Shown piece by piece: positions 8,830 through 17,609 of a stretch of 64,000 nt of DNA. The position numbers and the translations under genes were made by a program. The DNA lies in assembly GCA_050248355.1 (NCBI GenBank), contig JBFWSN010000005.1:37476-101475 (forward strand), given 5' to 3'. How positions within the stretch are numbered: the first letter of the stretch is position 1; each line of letters begins with the position of its first letter. The DNA is from Dehalococcoidia bacterium. GTDB taxonomy: Bacteria > Chloroflexota > Dehalococcoidia > UBA2979. The notes beneath the pieces were generated by a model. That model did not search any database. It worked only from the letters and a program-made list of their open reading frames with translations, and was not told where the DNA came from.

Positions 8830-8937
8830 CTACGTCTCCCACCACTTGCCGAGCATCACCATGACGGCGAGTGAGGAGAAGATGGTGATTACGACACCAA
8901 CCAGCTCCAGCGTCTCGCCGACTTCACCGAAGATCAT
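8830..8937 (-). CDS. small hydrophobic single-TM protein (35 aa), candidate small subunit of the bc complex; absent from the ORF track
   Basis: MIFGEVGETLELVGVVITIFSSLAVMVMLGKWWET. ATG 35 nt upstream of the cytochrome b start, same strand, with one predicted TM helix. Confidence 0.4.
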   Translation of the reverse strand: MIFGEVGETLELVGVVITIFSSLAVMVMLGKWWET

Positions 8938-9018
8938 GGGTGATCCCCCCACGCTGGGAATCGGGGCGCAGGACGCACCGTTCCTGTTTTCACAAGCGCT
9001 CGGATACTAGCCAGCACC

Positions 9019-9780
9019 CTATGTAGCGTCAAGGAAAGTCCGCGGCGGGTCGGCGGGCGGTCGTGATACGCGCGGGACGCCTTTCGAACGGAGACGCCAG
9101 ATGCCGCGCAGATCCTCGGTCGCGGTCTTGACGATGTGGACCCGCGTGTCGGGGTCTTCGTCCCAGCGGACAGGAATCTCGTGGAGGCGGTAGCCGTTCT
9201 TCTGGGCGATGAGCAGCAGCTCTGAGTCGAAGAACCACTGCGTGTCCTTGACCAGCGGCACGATGGCCCTCGCGGCGTCGCGACGCATGGCCTTGAAGCC
9301 ACACTGCGCATCGGACACCTTGAGCCCCGCCAGCGTGCGCAGGATGAACACGTAGGACCGCGAGATGAACTCGCGCTTGAATGAGCGCTTCGTCTGCGAG
9401 CGCTTGTCGAGCCGCGTGCCGTAGGCCACATCCGCCTCGTCGTTCGTGAGTGGGTCGACGAGCTCGGGGATGTGCGCGATGTCCGTAGAAAGGTCGACGT
9501 CCATGTAGGCGACAACGTCGGCGGGCGAGGTGAGCCACGCGACGCGGAGCGCGATGCCGCGGCCCTTCGTCCCGATGTCGAGCGCGAGCACCTTGCCGCC
9601 GGTCTGCTCCTCGAGCTGACGGGCCACCTCGAGGGTGCCGTCGGTGGAAGCGTTGTTCGCGACCACGACGCGCCACTCGTGCTCAGGGTGGTGCTGGAGG
9701 TACCGCAGCAGCGTATCGACGCTGCCCGCGAGGACGTGCTCTTCGTTGTAGACGGGGATGACGAGGTCGACAGTTGCCAT
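9019..9780 (-). CDS. family 2 glycosyltransferase (dolichyl-phosphate mannosyltransferase-like)
   Basis: GT2 signature: LVIPVYNEE...DVDLSTD...CGFKAMRRD. Confidence 0.8.
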   Translation of the reverse strand: MATVDLVIPVYNEEHVLAGSVDTLLRYLQHHPEHEWRVVVANNASTDGTLEVARQLEEQTGGKVLALDIGTKGRGIALRVAWLTSPADVVAYMDVDLSTDIAHIPELVDPLTNDEADVAYGTRLDKRSQTKRSFKREFISRSYVFILRTLAGLKVSDAQCGFKAMRRDAARAIVPLVKDTQWFFDSELLLIAQKNGYRLHEIPVRWDEDPDTRVHIVKTATEDLRGIWRLRSKGVPRVSRPPADPPRTFLDAT

Positions 9781-9842
9781 GGCGCCATCCTACAGCGCTC
9801 GGAGGTAGTGTCCGAGCGGACGGCCCGCGCGGAGTCGAACGT

Positions 9843-11405
9843 TCAGTGGCGGAAGTGGCGGACTCCCGTCGTGCACAGGGCCAGGCCGAGCGCGTTCGCG
9901 GTGGTGACCGACTCCTCGTCGCGCAGGGAGCCACCCGGATGGACGGCGGCGACCACCCCGGCGGCCGCCGCGACCTCGAGGGAATCAGGGAACGGGAAGA
10001 AGGCGTCGGAGGCCATCACGGCCCCGCGAGCGAGTTCGCCGGCGCCGGCCGCCGCGAGGCGCGCGCTCTCGACGCGGTTCGGCTGGCCCGCGCCCATGCC
10101 GACGAGGACGCCGTCCTTCACGAAGACGATCGCGTTCGACCTTACGTGCCGGCAGACGGCCCAGGCGGTCCGCAGGTCGGTCAGCTCGGCCGGCGACGGC
10201 TGCCGGTCACTGACGACCTCGAACCCCGACTCCACGGACACATCGGCGTCCTGGACGAGGAGCCCGCCTCGGACCGCGCGGTACTCGAAGCGCTGTCGGT
10301 GAGGGTCGCCGAGAGGCACCTCGAGGATGCGCAAGTCCTTCGACTTCTTCTTCAGGTGATCGACAGCCGCCCGCTCGTACGACGGGACGATGACGATCTC
10401 GTAGAACATGCGCGCCTCCGTGAGGGGGCTGAGCACCTCTCGGAGGGCGGTGGCGAGGGACATATCGAGCGGGCGGTTGATGGCGACGATGCCGCCGTAC
10501 GCAGAGACCGGATCGCCCTGCCGGAGGGCGCGATCGTAGAGGGTGGCGAGGGGCTCCTCGCCGGTCGCGAAGCAGCAGGGATTGGTGTGCTTGATGATCG
10601 CAACCGCCGGCCGCGGGCAGTCGGCGACGAGATTGAAGGCGGCGTCGGCGTCCAGGAAGTTGGTGTAGGACATCCCCTTGCCGTGGTGCTGGACGTAGTC
10701 GCCGATGCCCTCGGCAGGCGTACGCACGGAGTCGAGGCGGTAGAGTGCAGCGCGCTGGTGGGGGTTCTCACCGTAGCGCAGCTGGTCCCCCGAACGGGTG
10801 AGGCCCACCGTGAGCTGGCCCGGAAAGGGATCCGCGTCGCCTCGCAGGTATTCGGCGATGGCGGTGTCGTAGTGCGCGACGTGCTGGAACGCCTTCGCGG
10901 CGAGCGCGCGGCGGGCAGCCTCGCCCAGACCGCCGGCGCGCAGAGCGTCAAGGACGGCTTCGTAGTCGGCGGGATCGACGACGGGGATCACCCATGGGTG
11001 GTTCTTGGCGGCGGCGCGGATCATCGTCGGGCCGCCGATGTCGATCTCCTCGAGCGCTTCGGGCAGCGAAACTCCGGGCCGCGCTACCGTCGCGATGAAC
11101 GGGTAGAGGTTGCCGACAACCATGTCGATGGGCTCGATGGCGTTGGCCTGCATATCGGCGGTGTCCCCGGCGTGGCCACGCCGGTAGAGGAGGCCGCCGT
11201 GCACCTTCGGGTGGAGCGTCTTCACGCGCCCGCCGAGCATCTCGGGCGACCCGGTGAGGTCGGCGACTGAAGTCACCGGGATGCCCGCCTCGGCGATCGC
11301 CGCCTGGGTGCCGCCCGTCGAGAACAGCTCCCAGCCGAGGTCATGCAGGCCGCGGGCGAAGCCGGTGATGCCGGTCTTTTCGTAGACGCTCAGAATCGCG
11401 CGCAT
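9843..11405 (-). CDS. purH: bifunctional AICAR transformylase / IMP cyclohydrolase
   Basis: 520 aa with an N-terminal MGS-like IMPCH domain (MRAILSVYEKTGI...) and a C-terminal AICARFT domain. Confidence 0.95.
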   Translation of the reverse strand: MRAILSVYEKTGITGFARGLHDLGWELFSTGGTQAAIAEAGIPVTSVADLTGSPEMLGGRVKTLHPKVHGGLLYRRGHAGDTADMQANAIEPIDMVVGNLYPFIATVARPGVSLPEALEEIDIGGPTMIRAAAKNHPWVIPVVDPADYEAVLDALRAGGLGEAARRALAAKAFQHVAHYDTAIAEYLRGDADPFPGQLTVGLTRSGDQLRYGENPHQRAALYRLDSVRTPAEGIGDYVQHHGKGMSYTNFLDADAAFNLVADCPRPAVAIIKHTNPCCFATGEEPLATLYDRALRQGDPVSAYGGIVAINRPLDMSLATALREVLSPLTEARMFYEIVIVPSYERAAVDHLKKKSKDLRILEVPLGDPHRQRFEYRAVRGGLLVQDADVSVESGFEVVSDRQPSPAELTDLRTAWAVCRHVRSNAIVFVKDGVLVGMGAGQPNRVESARLAAAGAGELARGAVMASDAFFPFPDSLEVAAAAGVVAAVHPGGSLRDEESVTTANALGLALCTTGVRHFRH

Positions 11406-11432
11406 TGCGGGTGACTCCTTCGTAAGGTGGGA

Positions 11433-12491
11433 CTAGATCGGAAGGCCGAGGACGCGGGGGGCATCCGGCCGCTGTTCGACGACTTCGCCGATGCGCCAGG
11501 CGCCCCCGAGAGCGGACTGCACCTCGGCGGCGTCCGCGGGGGAGACGGCGAGGATGATGCCGACGCCCATGTTGAACGTGCGGAACATCTCCGCAGGGGC
11601 GACGTTCCCGGCGCGCTGGATGAGTTCAAAGAGCGGCGGGACGAGCCAGGAGGCGGCGTCGACGCGCGCGCCGAGGTGATCCGGGAAGATGCGCGGGAGG
11701 TTGCCCGGAATGCCGCCGCCGGTGATGTGGGCGATGCCGTGCAGCTTCGGAAGGACCGGGCGCAGGACCTCGAGGTATGAGCGGTGGACGGCGAGGAGAG
11801 CGTCCCCGAGGGTGGCGCCGAGCTCCTCGTGGTGCTGCTCCAGAAGCGCGCGGTCGTGGCCGGCGCCGAGACCCTTGCCGATGCCGAACGCCTCGCGGAC
11901 GAGCGAGTAGCCGTTCGTGTGGAGGCCCGTGGAGGGCAGAGCGAGCAAGACGTCACCCGCCTCGATGCCGGACCCGTCGATGACAGCATCGCGCTCCACG
12001 ACGCCCACGATGAAGCCGGCGACGTCGAAGTCGCCCGCCTCGTACATGTCGGGCATGTCGGCGGTCTCCCCGCCGATGAGCGCGACGTGGTTCTCCTCAC
12101 AGGCCCTGCCCATGCCCGCGACCACCTCGACGCGCTGTTCCTGCGGCAGGTCGGCGGTGGCGAGGTAGTCGAGGAAGAAGAGCGGCTCCGCCCCGCTCGT
12201 CAGGATGTCGTTCACGCAGTGGTTCACGAGGTCCTGGCCGACGGTGTCGTAGCGCCCGGCGGCGATGGCGATGCGCAGCTTCGTGCCGACGCCGTCGGCG
12301 CTGCTGACGATGACGGGGTCGCGGTAGGCGCCGAGCTTAAAGAGGCCGGCGAACGGGCCGACGCCGCCCATCACCTCGGGGCGGGTGGCGCGGCGGGCGA
12401 TGTCGCGGTAGCGAAGGACGGTGGCCTCCGCGGCGTCGATGTCGACGCCGGAGCCGGCGTAGCTGAGGGAACGGTCGGGCGGCACGCTCAT
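11433..12491 (-). CDS. purM: phosphoribosylformylglycinamidine cyclo-ligase (AIR synthetase)
   Basis: 352 aa with the PurM N-terminal (GGVGPFAGLF) and C-terminal domains. Confidence 0.95.
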   Translation of the reverse strand: MSVPPDRSLSYAGSGVDIDAAEATVLRYRDIARRATRPEVMGGVGPFAGLFKLGAYRDPVIVSSADGVGTKLRIAIAAGRYDTVGQDLVNHCVNDILTSGAEPLFFLDYLATADLPQEQRVEVVAGMGRACEENHVALIGGETADMPDMYEAGDFDVAGFIVGVVERDAVIDGSGIEAGDVLLALPSTGLHTNGYSLVREAFGIGKGLGAGHDRALLEQHHEELGATLGDALLAVHRSYLEVLRPVLPKLHGIAHITGGGIPGNLPRIFPDHLGARVDAASWLVPPLFELIQRAGNVAPAEMFRTFNMGVGIILAVSPADAAEVQSALGGAWRIGEVVEQRPDAPRVLGLPI

Positions 12492-12561
12492 GGACGCGTC
12501 GAATCCTCGCGGGCTGCCGGGCGGGGAGCGCGCGAAAGCCGCGCCGCCCAGCGTATCCGGG

Positions 12562-14037
12562 TTAGCGGACGAGCGGAAGCGCGACGGGGGCGCGAGCCTC
12601 GGCCGGCGCCGACTCGAGGATGAACTTGTCGAGCTGGAGCGGGACTTCGCGCGGGTACTGGCCTGTGAAGCAGGCCGTGCACAGCGAGTCCTCGGACTGC
12701 CCGGTGGCCGCCGCAGTCGCCTCGATGGGGAGGTACCCGAGGGAATCCGCGCCGATGTGCTCGCAGATTTCCTCGGCCGTCCTGTACGAGGCGATCAACT
12801 CGCCGCGCGTCGCCATGTCGACACCGTAGAAGCACGGATCCTGGATGGGAGGCGACGTGATGCGCATATGCACCTCGAGGGCGCCTGCCCGGCGCAGCAT
12901 GGCGACCACACGCGGGGTAGTGGTGCCGCGGACAATCGTGTCGTCGACGACGACGACTCGCTTGCCGGCGAGGAGCTCGGGTAGCGGGTTGAACTTCAGC
13001 TGGACGCCACGGTCGCGAAGACGCTGGTCCGGCTGAATGAACGTACGTCCGACGTAGCGGTTCTTGACCAGCGCCTCGACGTAGGGAATGCCGGACTCCT
13101 GCGCGTAGCCGATCGCGGCGGCGGTGGCGGAGTCGGGGACACCGATGACGATGTCTGCCTCGACGGGATGCTCCCGCGCCAGGGCGGCGCCCATGCGCAT
13201 GCGCGCCTGGTACAGCAGCTGACCGCGCATCCGCGAGTCGGGACGCGCGAAGTACACGTACTCGAGGAGGCACAGCGCGGGGCGGAGCGGCTCGACGGGC
13301 TTCCACGACGTGATGCCGGTGGCGTCGAGGCGGACGACCTCGCCGGGCTCGACCTCGCGGAGGAACTTCGCACCGAGCTGGTCGAGGGCACACGTCTCGG
13401 AGGCGAGGACGAAGCCGCTGCCATTGAGCGTGCCGATGCAGAGCGGGCGGACGCCGTTCGGGTCGCGGACGCCGAAGACGGCGTCGCCGGTCAGGACGGC
13501 AAGGGAGTAGGCACCGTTGGCGCGGCGCATCATCTCGGCGAAGCGGTCTTCCCAGCCGGGGCCGGGCGCCGTGGCGAGAAGATGCGCGAGCACCTCGGAA
13601 TCGGTGGTGGTCTCGAAGGTGATGCCCTGCGCCTCGAGATCCTCGCGCAGGACATCGGCGTTCACGATGTTGCCGTTGTGGGCGAGGGCGAGACGGCGCA
13701 GGCCGTCGGTGACGATCGCGGGGTCGGGGAAGCGGTCCTCGACCAGCAAGGGCTGGATGTTGCACTCGATACTGGAGCCGGTCGTGGAGTAGCGGGTGTG
13801 GCCGATCGCCGCATGGCCAGTCAGGCCTTCGAGCTTCGCCTCGTCGAAGATCTGGGTGACGAGGCCCATCTCGGCGCAAACATGCAGCTCTTCGCCATCG
13901 GCGGTGGCGATCCCGGCCGACTCCTGCCCTCGATGCTGGAGCGCGTGGAGTCCGAAGAAGGTAAGCCGGGCTACGTCTTCACCCGGTGCGAAGACACCGA
14001 AGACGCCGCACTTCTCACGCAGGCTCGGGAATTGCAC
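12562..14037 (-). CDS. purF: amidophosphoribosyltransferase
   Basis: N-terminal nucleophile Cys (MQFPSLREKCGVFGVF), a type 2 GATase domain, a PRTase domain, and C-terminal Cys residues for a 4Fe-4S cluster. Confidence 0.95.
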   Translation of the reverse strand: MQFPSLREKCGVFGVFAPGEDVARLTFFGLHALQHRGQESAGIATADGEELHVCAEMGLVTQIFDEAKLEGLTGHAAIGHTRYSTTGSSIECNIQPLLVEDRFPDPAIVTDGLRRLALAHNGNIVNADVLREDLEAQGITFETTTDSEVLAHLLATAPGPGWEDRFAEMMRRANGAYSLAVLTGDAVFGVRDPNGVRPLCIGTLNGSGFVLASETCALDQLGAKFLREVEPGEVVRLDATGITSWKPVEPLRPALCLLEYVYFARPDSRMRGQLLYQARMRMGAALAREHPVEADIVIGVPDSATAAAIGYAQESGIPYVEALVKNRYVGRTFIQPDQRLRDRGVQLKFNPLPELLAGKRVVVVDDTIVRGTTTPRVVAMLRRAGALEVHMRITSPPIQDPCFYGVDMATRGELIASYRTAEEICEHIGADSLGYLPIEATAAATGQSEDSLCTACFTGQYPREVPLQLDKFILESAPAEARAPVALPLVR

Positions 14038-14094
14038 CCGATGCCACCCCCCGGTGTGAGCGCTGCTAGAGAGTGAGTGTACTCGCCGGACGAG

Positions 14095-14565
14095 TCAGAC
14101 GCGAGGCGGGGGCCCGGAGGTTTGCGCGTCCTCGGCGGAGCCGTCGTCGGGGAAGTCGAGCAGCCGCTGATGCTCGATCTTCGTGCAGCGGTCCATGACA
14201 ACCTGGAGGCCGGCGGCGCGGGCGCGCGCCGCTGCCTCCTCGTTCACAATCCCGAGTTGCAGCCAGACCGCCCGCGCGTGCGCCTCGATCGCGTCTTCGA
14301 CGACGGGCGGGACGTGCCCGGGGAGGCGAAATACGTCCACGATGTCGACCGGCTCGGGGAGGTCCTGAAGGCGGTCATAGACGGGCATGCCGAACACCTC
14401 GGTCTCATCCGGGTTGACCAGGTAGACCGTGTATCCAGCATCGATGAGGTAGCGCGTGACCTGATACGAAGGACGTGTGGGACGGCTCGAGATGCCGACC
14501 ACGGCGATCGTGCGGGCGTCGCGGAGCAGGCGGAGGGGCAACGTCAGACCGGCGTCGTCGGGCAT
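14095..14565 (-). CDS. CoA-binding domain protein (YccU-like)
   Basis: Start at the internal MPDDAG. CoA-binding Rossmann-like core (TIAVVGISSRPTRPSYQVTRYL...VYLVNP). Confidence 0.75.
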   Translation of the reverse strand: MPDDAGLTLPLRLLRDARTIAVVGISSRPTRPSYQVTRYLIDAGYTVYLVNPDETEVFGMPVYDRLQDLPEPVDIVDVFRLPGHVPPVVEDAIEAHARAVWLQLGIVNEEAAARARAAGLQVVMDRCTKIEHQRLLDFPDDGSAEDAQTSGPPPRV

Positions 14566-14566
14566 G

Positions 14567-15250
14567 TCAGGCCTCTCCGGGGGGCGGGGAGATGCGCCGG
14601 CTGCGACGGCGGCGGCGCGCGGGAGTCGCCGCGGTGACGCCCGTCGCGGCCACGTCAGGCGCTGGGACGGGGGCGAGGACGGCCTCAACGCCGGCCATGG
14701 CGGCCACGCGGTCGGCGAGACGGTTCGCGCGCTCCGCGCCGAGGTCGGCCAGCGCTCGCGCGGCCGCAACGGAGCCGACGGTGAGGCGCTTGTCGTTGTC
14801 CTTCACCATCACGACTTCCCACTGGACGATGTCCTGAACCTCGCCGCTGGCGAGTTCGTCGTCATAGTCGCTGGTCACCTCGATGTGCCTGATGCGGCGG
14901 AAGGGGACGAAGTCGACGGTGCCGATGCCCATGCCGAGGAAGCCCTGCTGCCACCTCGCGGACTGCTTCTTGCGCTCCATGAGGAAGCTGGACCCGATGG
15001 CGTTGTAGACGATGCCGAGGACGCCGACGGGCCCGAGGACGAGCGAGACGAGCAGAAGCAGCATCAACACCCAGAGCGGCAGCGAGTTCAGCCACAAGAC
15101 GATGGCGGCGACCGCGCCGAGCGCGAGCGCCAGTTCGAGGACCGGACCGAGCAACTGGCCCCGCGAAGGACGCACGGCGATCGAGTCCTCGCGGACGACG
15201 GCCACGGTGCGCTGCAGCGGGATGCGTTCAGCTGACATGCGGTCGCCCAT
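14567..15250 (-). CDS. hypothetical membrane protein (2 TM)
   Basis: Start taken at MGDRMSAERIP (cat at 15248-15250). Two hydrophobic helices followed by a soluble C-terminal domain. The upstream part of the track ORF is Arg-rich junk. Confidence 0.45.
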   Translation of the reverse strand: MGDRMSAERIPLQRTVAVVREDSIAVRPSRGQLLGPVLELALALGAVAAIVLWLNSLPLWVLMLLLLVSLVLGPVGVLGIVYNAIGSSFLMERKKQSARWQQGFLGMGIGTVDFVPFRRIRHIEVTSDYDDELASGEVQDIVQWEVVMVKDNDKRLTVGSVAAARALADLGAERANRLADRVAAMAGVEAVLAPVPAPDVAATGVTAATPARRRRRSRRISPPPGEA

Positions 15251-15272
15251 CGCTTTCAAGATGGAGCACGCT

Positions 15273-15309
15273 CGGGCCGTTTGCCCGCGCGCGTGCCGCC
15301 TCCCTATCA
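15273..15309 (+). promoter_or_regulatory. putative promoter TTGCCC-N18-TATCAT for the Trm112-like gene
   Basis: Hexamers found by eye in the 78-nt divergent intergenic region, about 20 nt upstream of the ATG at 15329. GGAGG SD at 15319-15323. Confidence 0.3.
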
Positions 15310-15328
15310 TCGCGCATTGGAGGTCTTG

Positions 15329-15538
15329 ATGCGCCGAGAGTTGATGGAGATCCTCGCATGCCCCGTCTGCAAGGGGCCGCTCACGCTCACGGCCGAGACG
15401 GTCGAGGGCGACGAGGTCATCGCGGGGACACTGCGCTGCGCGGCGTGCAACGAGGACTATCCGATCGAGGGCGGCATCCCGAACCTCTTGCCGCCCGAGA
15501 TGCGCCGCGCCATGGCGGCGGAGGCGGCACACTCATGA
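15329..15538 (+). CDS. Trm112-like protein (UPF0434/YcaR family)
   Basis: MRRELMEILACPVCKGPLTL...LRCAACNEDYPIEGGIPNLLPPE, the two CxxC pairs typical of Trm112. Confidence 0.7.
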   Translation: MRRELMEILACPVCKGPLTLTAETVEGDEVIAGTLRCAACNEDYPIEGGIPNLLPPEMRRAMAAEAAHS

Positions 15539-15738
15539 CACCAGAACGGTCACACCAGCTCGGGAAGGCGCTGATGGCGTTATCCCTGGTCCAGATGCTG
15601 CTGTTCCTGGTGGCAGCGATGCGACGCTCGTACGCGGCGCTGGCGATTCCCGTGTTCCTGGGGGTCGCACTCGTGTCGGCGCTCGGGTTCTGGGTCGGGT
15701 GGACGATGTCCGCCGCAGAGTGGGACGCCGAAGAGTAA
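15535..15738 (+). CDS. small membrane protein (67 aa, 2 TM), hypothetical
   Basis: Its ATG overlaps the Trm112 stop (ATGA). MTPERSHQLGKALMALSLVQMLLFLVAAMRRSYAALAIPVFLGVALVSALGFWVGW... Confidence 0.4.
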   Translation: MTPERSHQLGKALMALSLVQMLLFLVAAMRRSYAALAIPVFLGVALVSALGFWVGWTMSAAEWDAEE

Positions 15739-15844
15739 CCGCGTCCGGCTCGCCCCCCGAGCATCGCCCGTTCCAGTTCCTCGATCCGACGCCATTCCGT
15801 GTCGCGGGCTGCCCGAGGCCGTGCGCCGCGCCCGGAAAAGCGTC

Positions 15845-15928
15845 CGGCCCGACTGCTCCGCGCCTCATGGAGCAGTCGGGCCGGGACTGTGTGCGTTCGT
15901 CCTGCGCCTCATAGGCCGAACGCACTTC
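15845..15928. repeat. tandem pair of GC-rich hairpins with conserved loop GCGCCTCAT (minus strand AUGAGGCGC), downstream of sipW
   Basis: Hairpin 1: ccggcccgactgctcc-GCGCCTCAT-ggagcagtcgggccgg (perfect 16-bp stem). Hairpin 2: gtgcgttcg-tcct-GCGCCTCAT-agg-ccgaacgcac. They lie in the convergent intergenic region between 15738 and 16104. Confidence 0.5.
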
Positions 15929-16050
15929 CGCAGTATGGCAAACGGGGCGTTGCGCCGTCGTTCGCGTTTGGTTGCAGGACGGTTGCATTCGTGAATCCGG
16001 GCACAATTCCTTTACGCACTGCCCTGGCGGGCTCTCGGGCCTCCAGCACG

Positions 16051-16078
16051 CGAGAGCGGCCTCGATCGAGGCCGCTCT
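16051..16078 (-). terminator. perfect 28-nt palindrome / hairpin immediately downstream of sipW
   Basis: GAGAGCGGCCTCGATCGAGGCCGCTCTC forms a 12-bp stem with a GATC loop, 25 nt after the sipW stop. There is no U-tract, as is common in high-GC genomes. Confidence 0.4.
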
Positions 16079-16103
16079 CATTAGCGCTCCCCCACTCGGC
16101 GGA

Positions 16104-16634
16104 TCAGGCTGGAAGCGCGTCCTCGCGACGGCGCAGCGTGCGAACGATCGACACGAGCTCGAAGAGGATCACGAGCGAGCCCGGGACCACCGCCGCGGCG
16201 AGGTACCCCGCGGGAGACCGCATCCAGTGGGCGATGCTCCCGACGTACGGCACCTCGAAGAGGAAGCGACCGCGGACATTCCCGACGGGGACGGGCAGCG
16301 GGTCGGCGTCCGCGTTGTTGTCGCCCTTCGTCAGCAGCGAGGGGCTGTCTCCCGCGTAGCCCAGCACGCGGTGCGTGACCAGACCTCCCGAGCCGGAGTC
16401 GACAAAGGTGATGACGTCGCCGGGCTTCGCTTCGACGCCGGAGATGCGCTCGACGACGGCGACGCTGCCGTACTGGATGGCGGGTTCCATGCTCTGACCG
16501 GCAACGATGATGAACTGCCAGCCGAGGAGCCTCGGCGCGAGGGCGACGAAGACGAGTCCGGCGACGAGGCAGGCGAGCAGGCCGAGCGCGAGCCAGGAGA
16601 CCAGTCCGCTGATGAAACGAGCGAGCGTACGCAT
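16104..16634 (-). CDS. sipW: signal peptidase I, archaeal/eukaryotic type (SipW-like, S26B)
   Basis: N-terminal TM helix, catalytic region IIVAGQSMEP...VTHRV, and a C-terminal TM helix. Last gene of the operon with the two TasA-family proteins. Confidence 0.85.
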   Translation of the reverse strand: MRTLARFISGLVSWLALGLLACLVAGLVFVALAPRLLGWQFIIVAGQSMEPAIQYGSVAVVERISGVEAKPGDVITFVDSGSGGLVTHRVLGYAGDSPSLLTKGDNNADADPLPVPVGNVRGRFLFEVPYVGSIAHWMRSPAGYLAAAVVPGSLVILFELVSIVRTLRRREDALPA

Positions 16635-16657
16635 CGGAGTGCCTTTCTGCTGGACAG

Positions 16658-17545
16658 TCAGTAACCGGCGCCGGCGGGCGCCTCGAGGGTGGATTGCCCG
16701 TTCGGGCCGTTCAGGCGCAGGTTCTGGGAGCGCTCGTTGGTGATGCGCACGGCGAGGTAGGTGCCGCTCGGAAGCGCGACCTCGTTCGCGACGCGGAGCG
16801 TCAGGATGCGAGTGGCGCCGGACCCGTCGAGCCTGAAGCCGTCAGACTCGCTCGCGAGCGAAGTGAAGACGCCGTCACGGCAGATGCCGAGCTGGACGGT
16901 GTACGACACATTGCGCGAGGACGAGATGCCGGGGAAAGACAGGGTCGCGACATGGTCGCCGGCCGGTACCCGGGCTGCGCCCTCGGACGCTGGAGCGGCG
17001 AAGAGGACGCTGCTGTCCCTGCGGATCACGACGTTGCCATCCCCGGCGCCAGCTTGGAGCGACGCAGCGGCGGAACACACGCCTGGCGCTCCCGAGCGCA
17101 GCCGGAACGTCGGTATGCCGGATTGCTGCAGGGTGGCGGCGGCTGTCGCCGCCTGCGACCGCCACGAGTAGAGCGCGCTTTGGACGGAATAGCAGTGGAC
17201 GCCACCCGCGGCGGGCGCGTCGGTGGCGGTCAACGTGGTGGCCGTGAACGGCGAGCCGGGCAGCGCGGTGAACTCCCCGGGAGCGGAACAGTCGCCGCTC
17301 GCGCGCTGGACGATGAAGCTCGCGTTCGCGCCAGCGAGCGCATCCGGGTTGGTCCAGTCAAGGGTGACGGTCGCCCCGGATGTGGTGGCGATGAGGGCCG
17401 GGGTCTGCATGGTCTTCGCGGAGAAGGCGTTGACCGCGGTCTGCGTGCCGTCAGTGAAGCGGGCGGCGGTGGACTGCCCGACGGCAACCAGGAACAGCAC
17501 CTGCGCTGCGAGTCCAATGATGACGATGGCCTTGATTCCGCGCAT
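16658..17545 (-). CDS. secreted TasA/camelysin-family (SipW-cognate class) protein, paralog 2
   Basis: Start at the internal MRGIKAIVIIGLAAQVLFLVAVGQSTAARFTDGTQTAVNAFSA: a signal peptide followed by the A-A-R-F-T-D motif typical of SipW-cognate substrates. The upstream part of the track ORF is Arg/Pro-rich noncoding. Start coordinate by codon arithmetic (+/- a few nt). Confidence 0.7.
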   Translation of the reverse strand: MRGIKAIVIIGLAAQVLFLVAVGQSTAARFTDGTQTAVNAFSAKTMQTPALIATTSGATVTLDWTNPDALAGANASFIVQRASGDCSAPGEFTALPGSPFTATTLTATDAPAAGGVHCYSVQSALYSWRSQAATAAATLQQSGIPTFRLRSGAPGVCSAAASLQAGAGDGNVVIRRDSSVLFAAPASEGAARVPAGDHVATLSFPGISSSRNVSYTVQLGICRDGVFTSLASESDGFRLDGSGATRILTLRVANEVALPSGTYLAVRITNERSQNLRLNGPNGQSTLEAPAGAGY

Positions 17546-17609
17546 GGAAGCGACCTCGTGGGGCCTCGGATCCGGTGGGCGGATCCCGAGGCCCCTGGTA
17601 GCGAGTGGG

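Noticed and set aside
6968-9010. 680-aa plus-strand ORF spanning the Rieske / subunit IV / cytochrome b genes
   Set aside because: Antisense to three conserved bc-complex genes. The translation is highly charged and low-complexity (RDE-rich) with no domain.
9774-11270. 498-aa plus-strand ORF opposite purH
   Set aside because: purH on the minus strand has unmistakable conserved motifs. The plus-strand product is low-complexity.
12492-12561. Possible ZTP (pfl) riboswitch upstream of the pur genes
   Set aside because: The intergenic regions before purH, purM and purF are only 27-70 nt, and the GACUGGCG / CCGCCUGGGC hallmark blocks are not present.
12488-13879. 463-aa minus-strand ORF in an alternative frame of purF
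   Set aside because: Same strand but wrong frame. The product is Arg/Pro-rich, while purF in the other frame has the N-terminal Cys and PRTase motifs.
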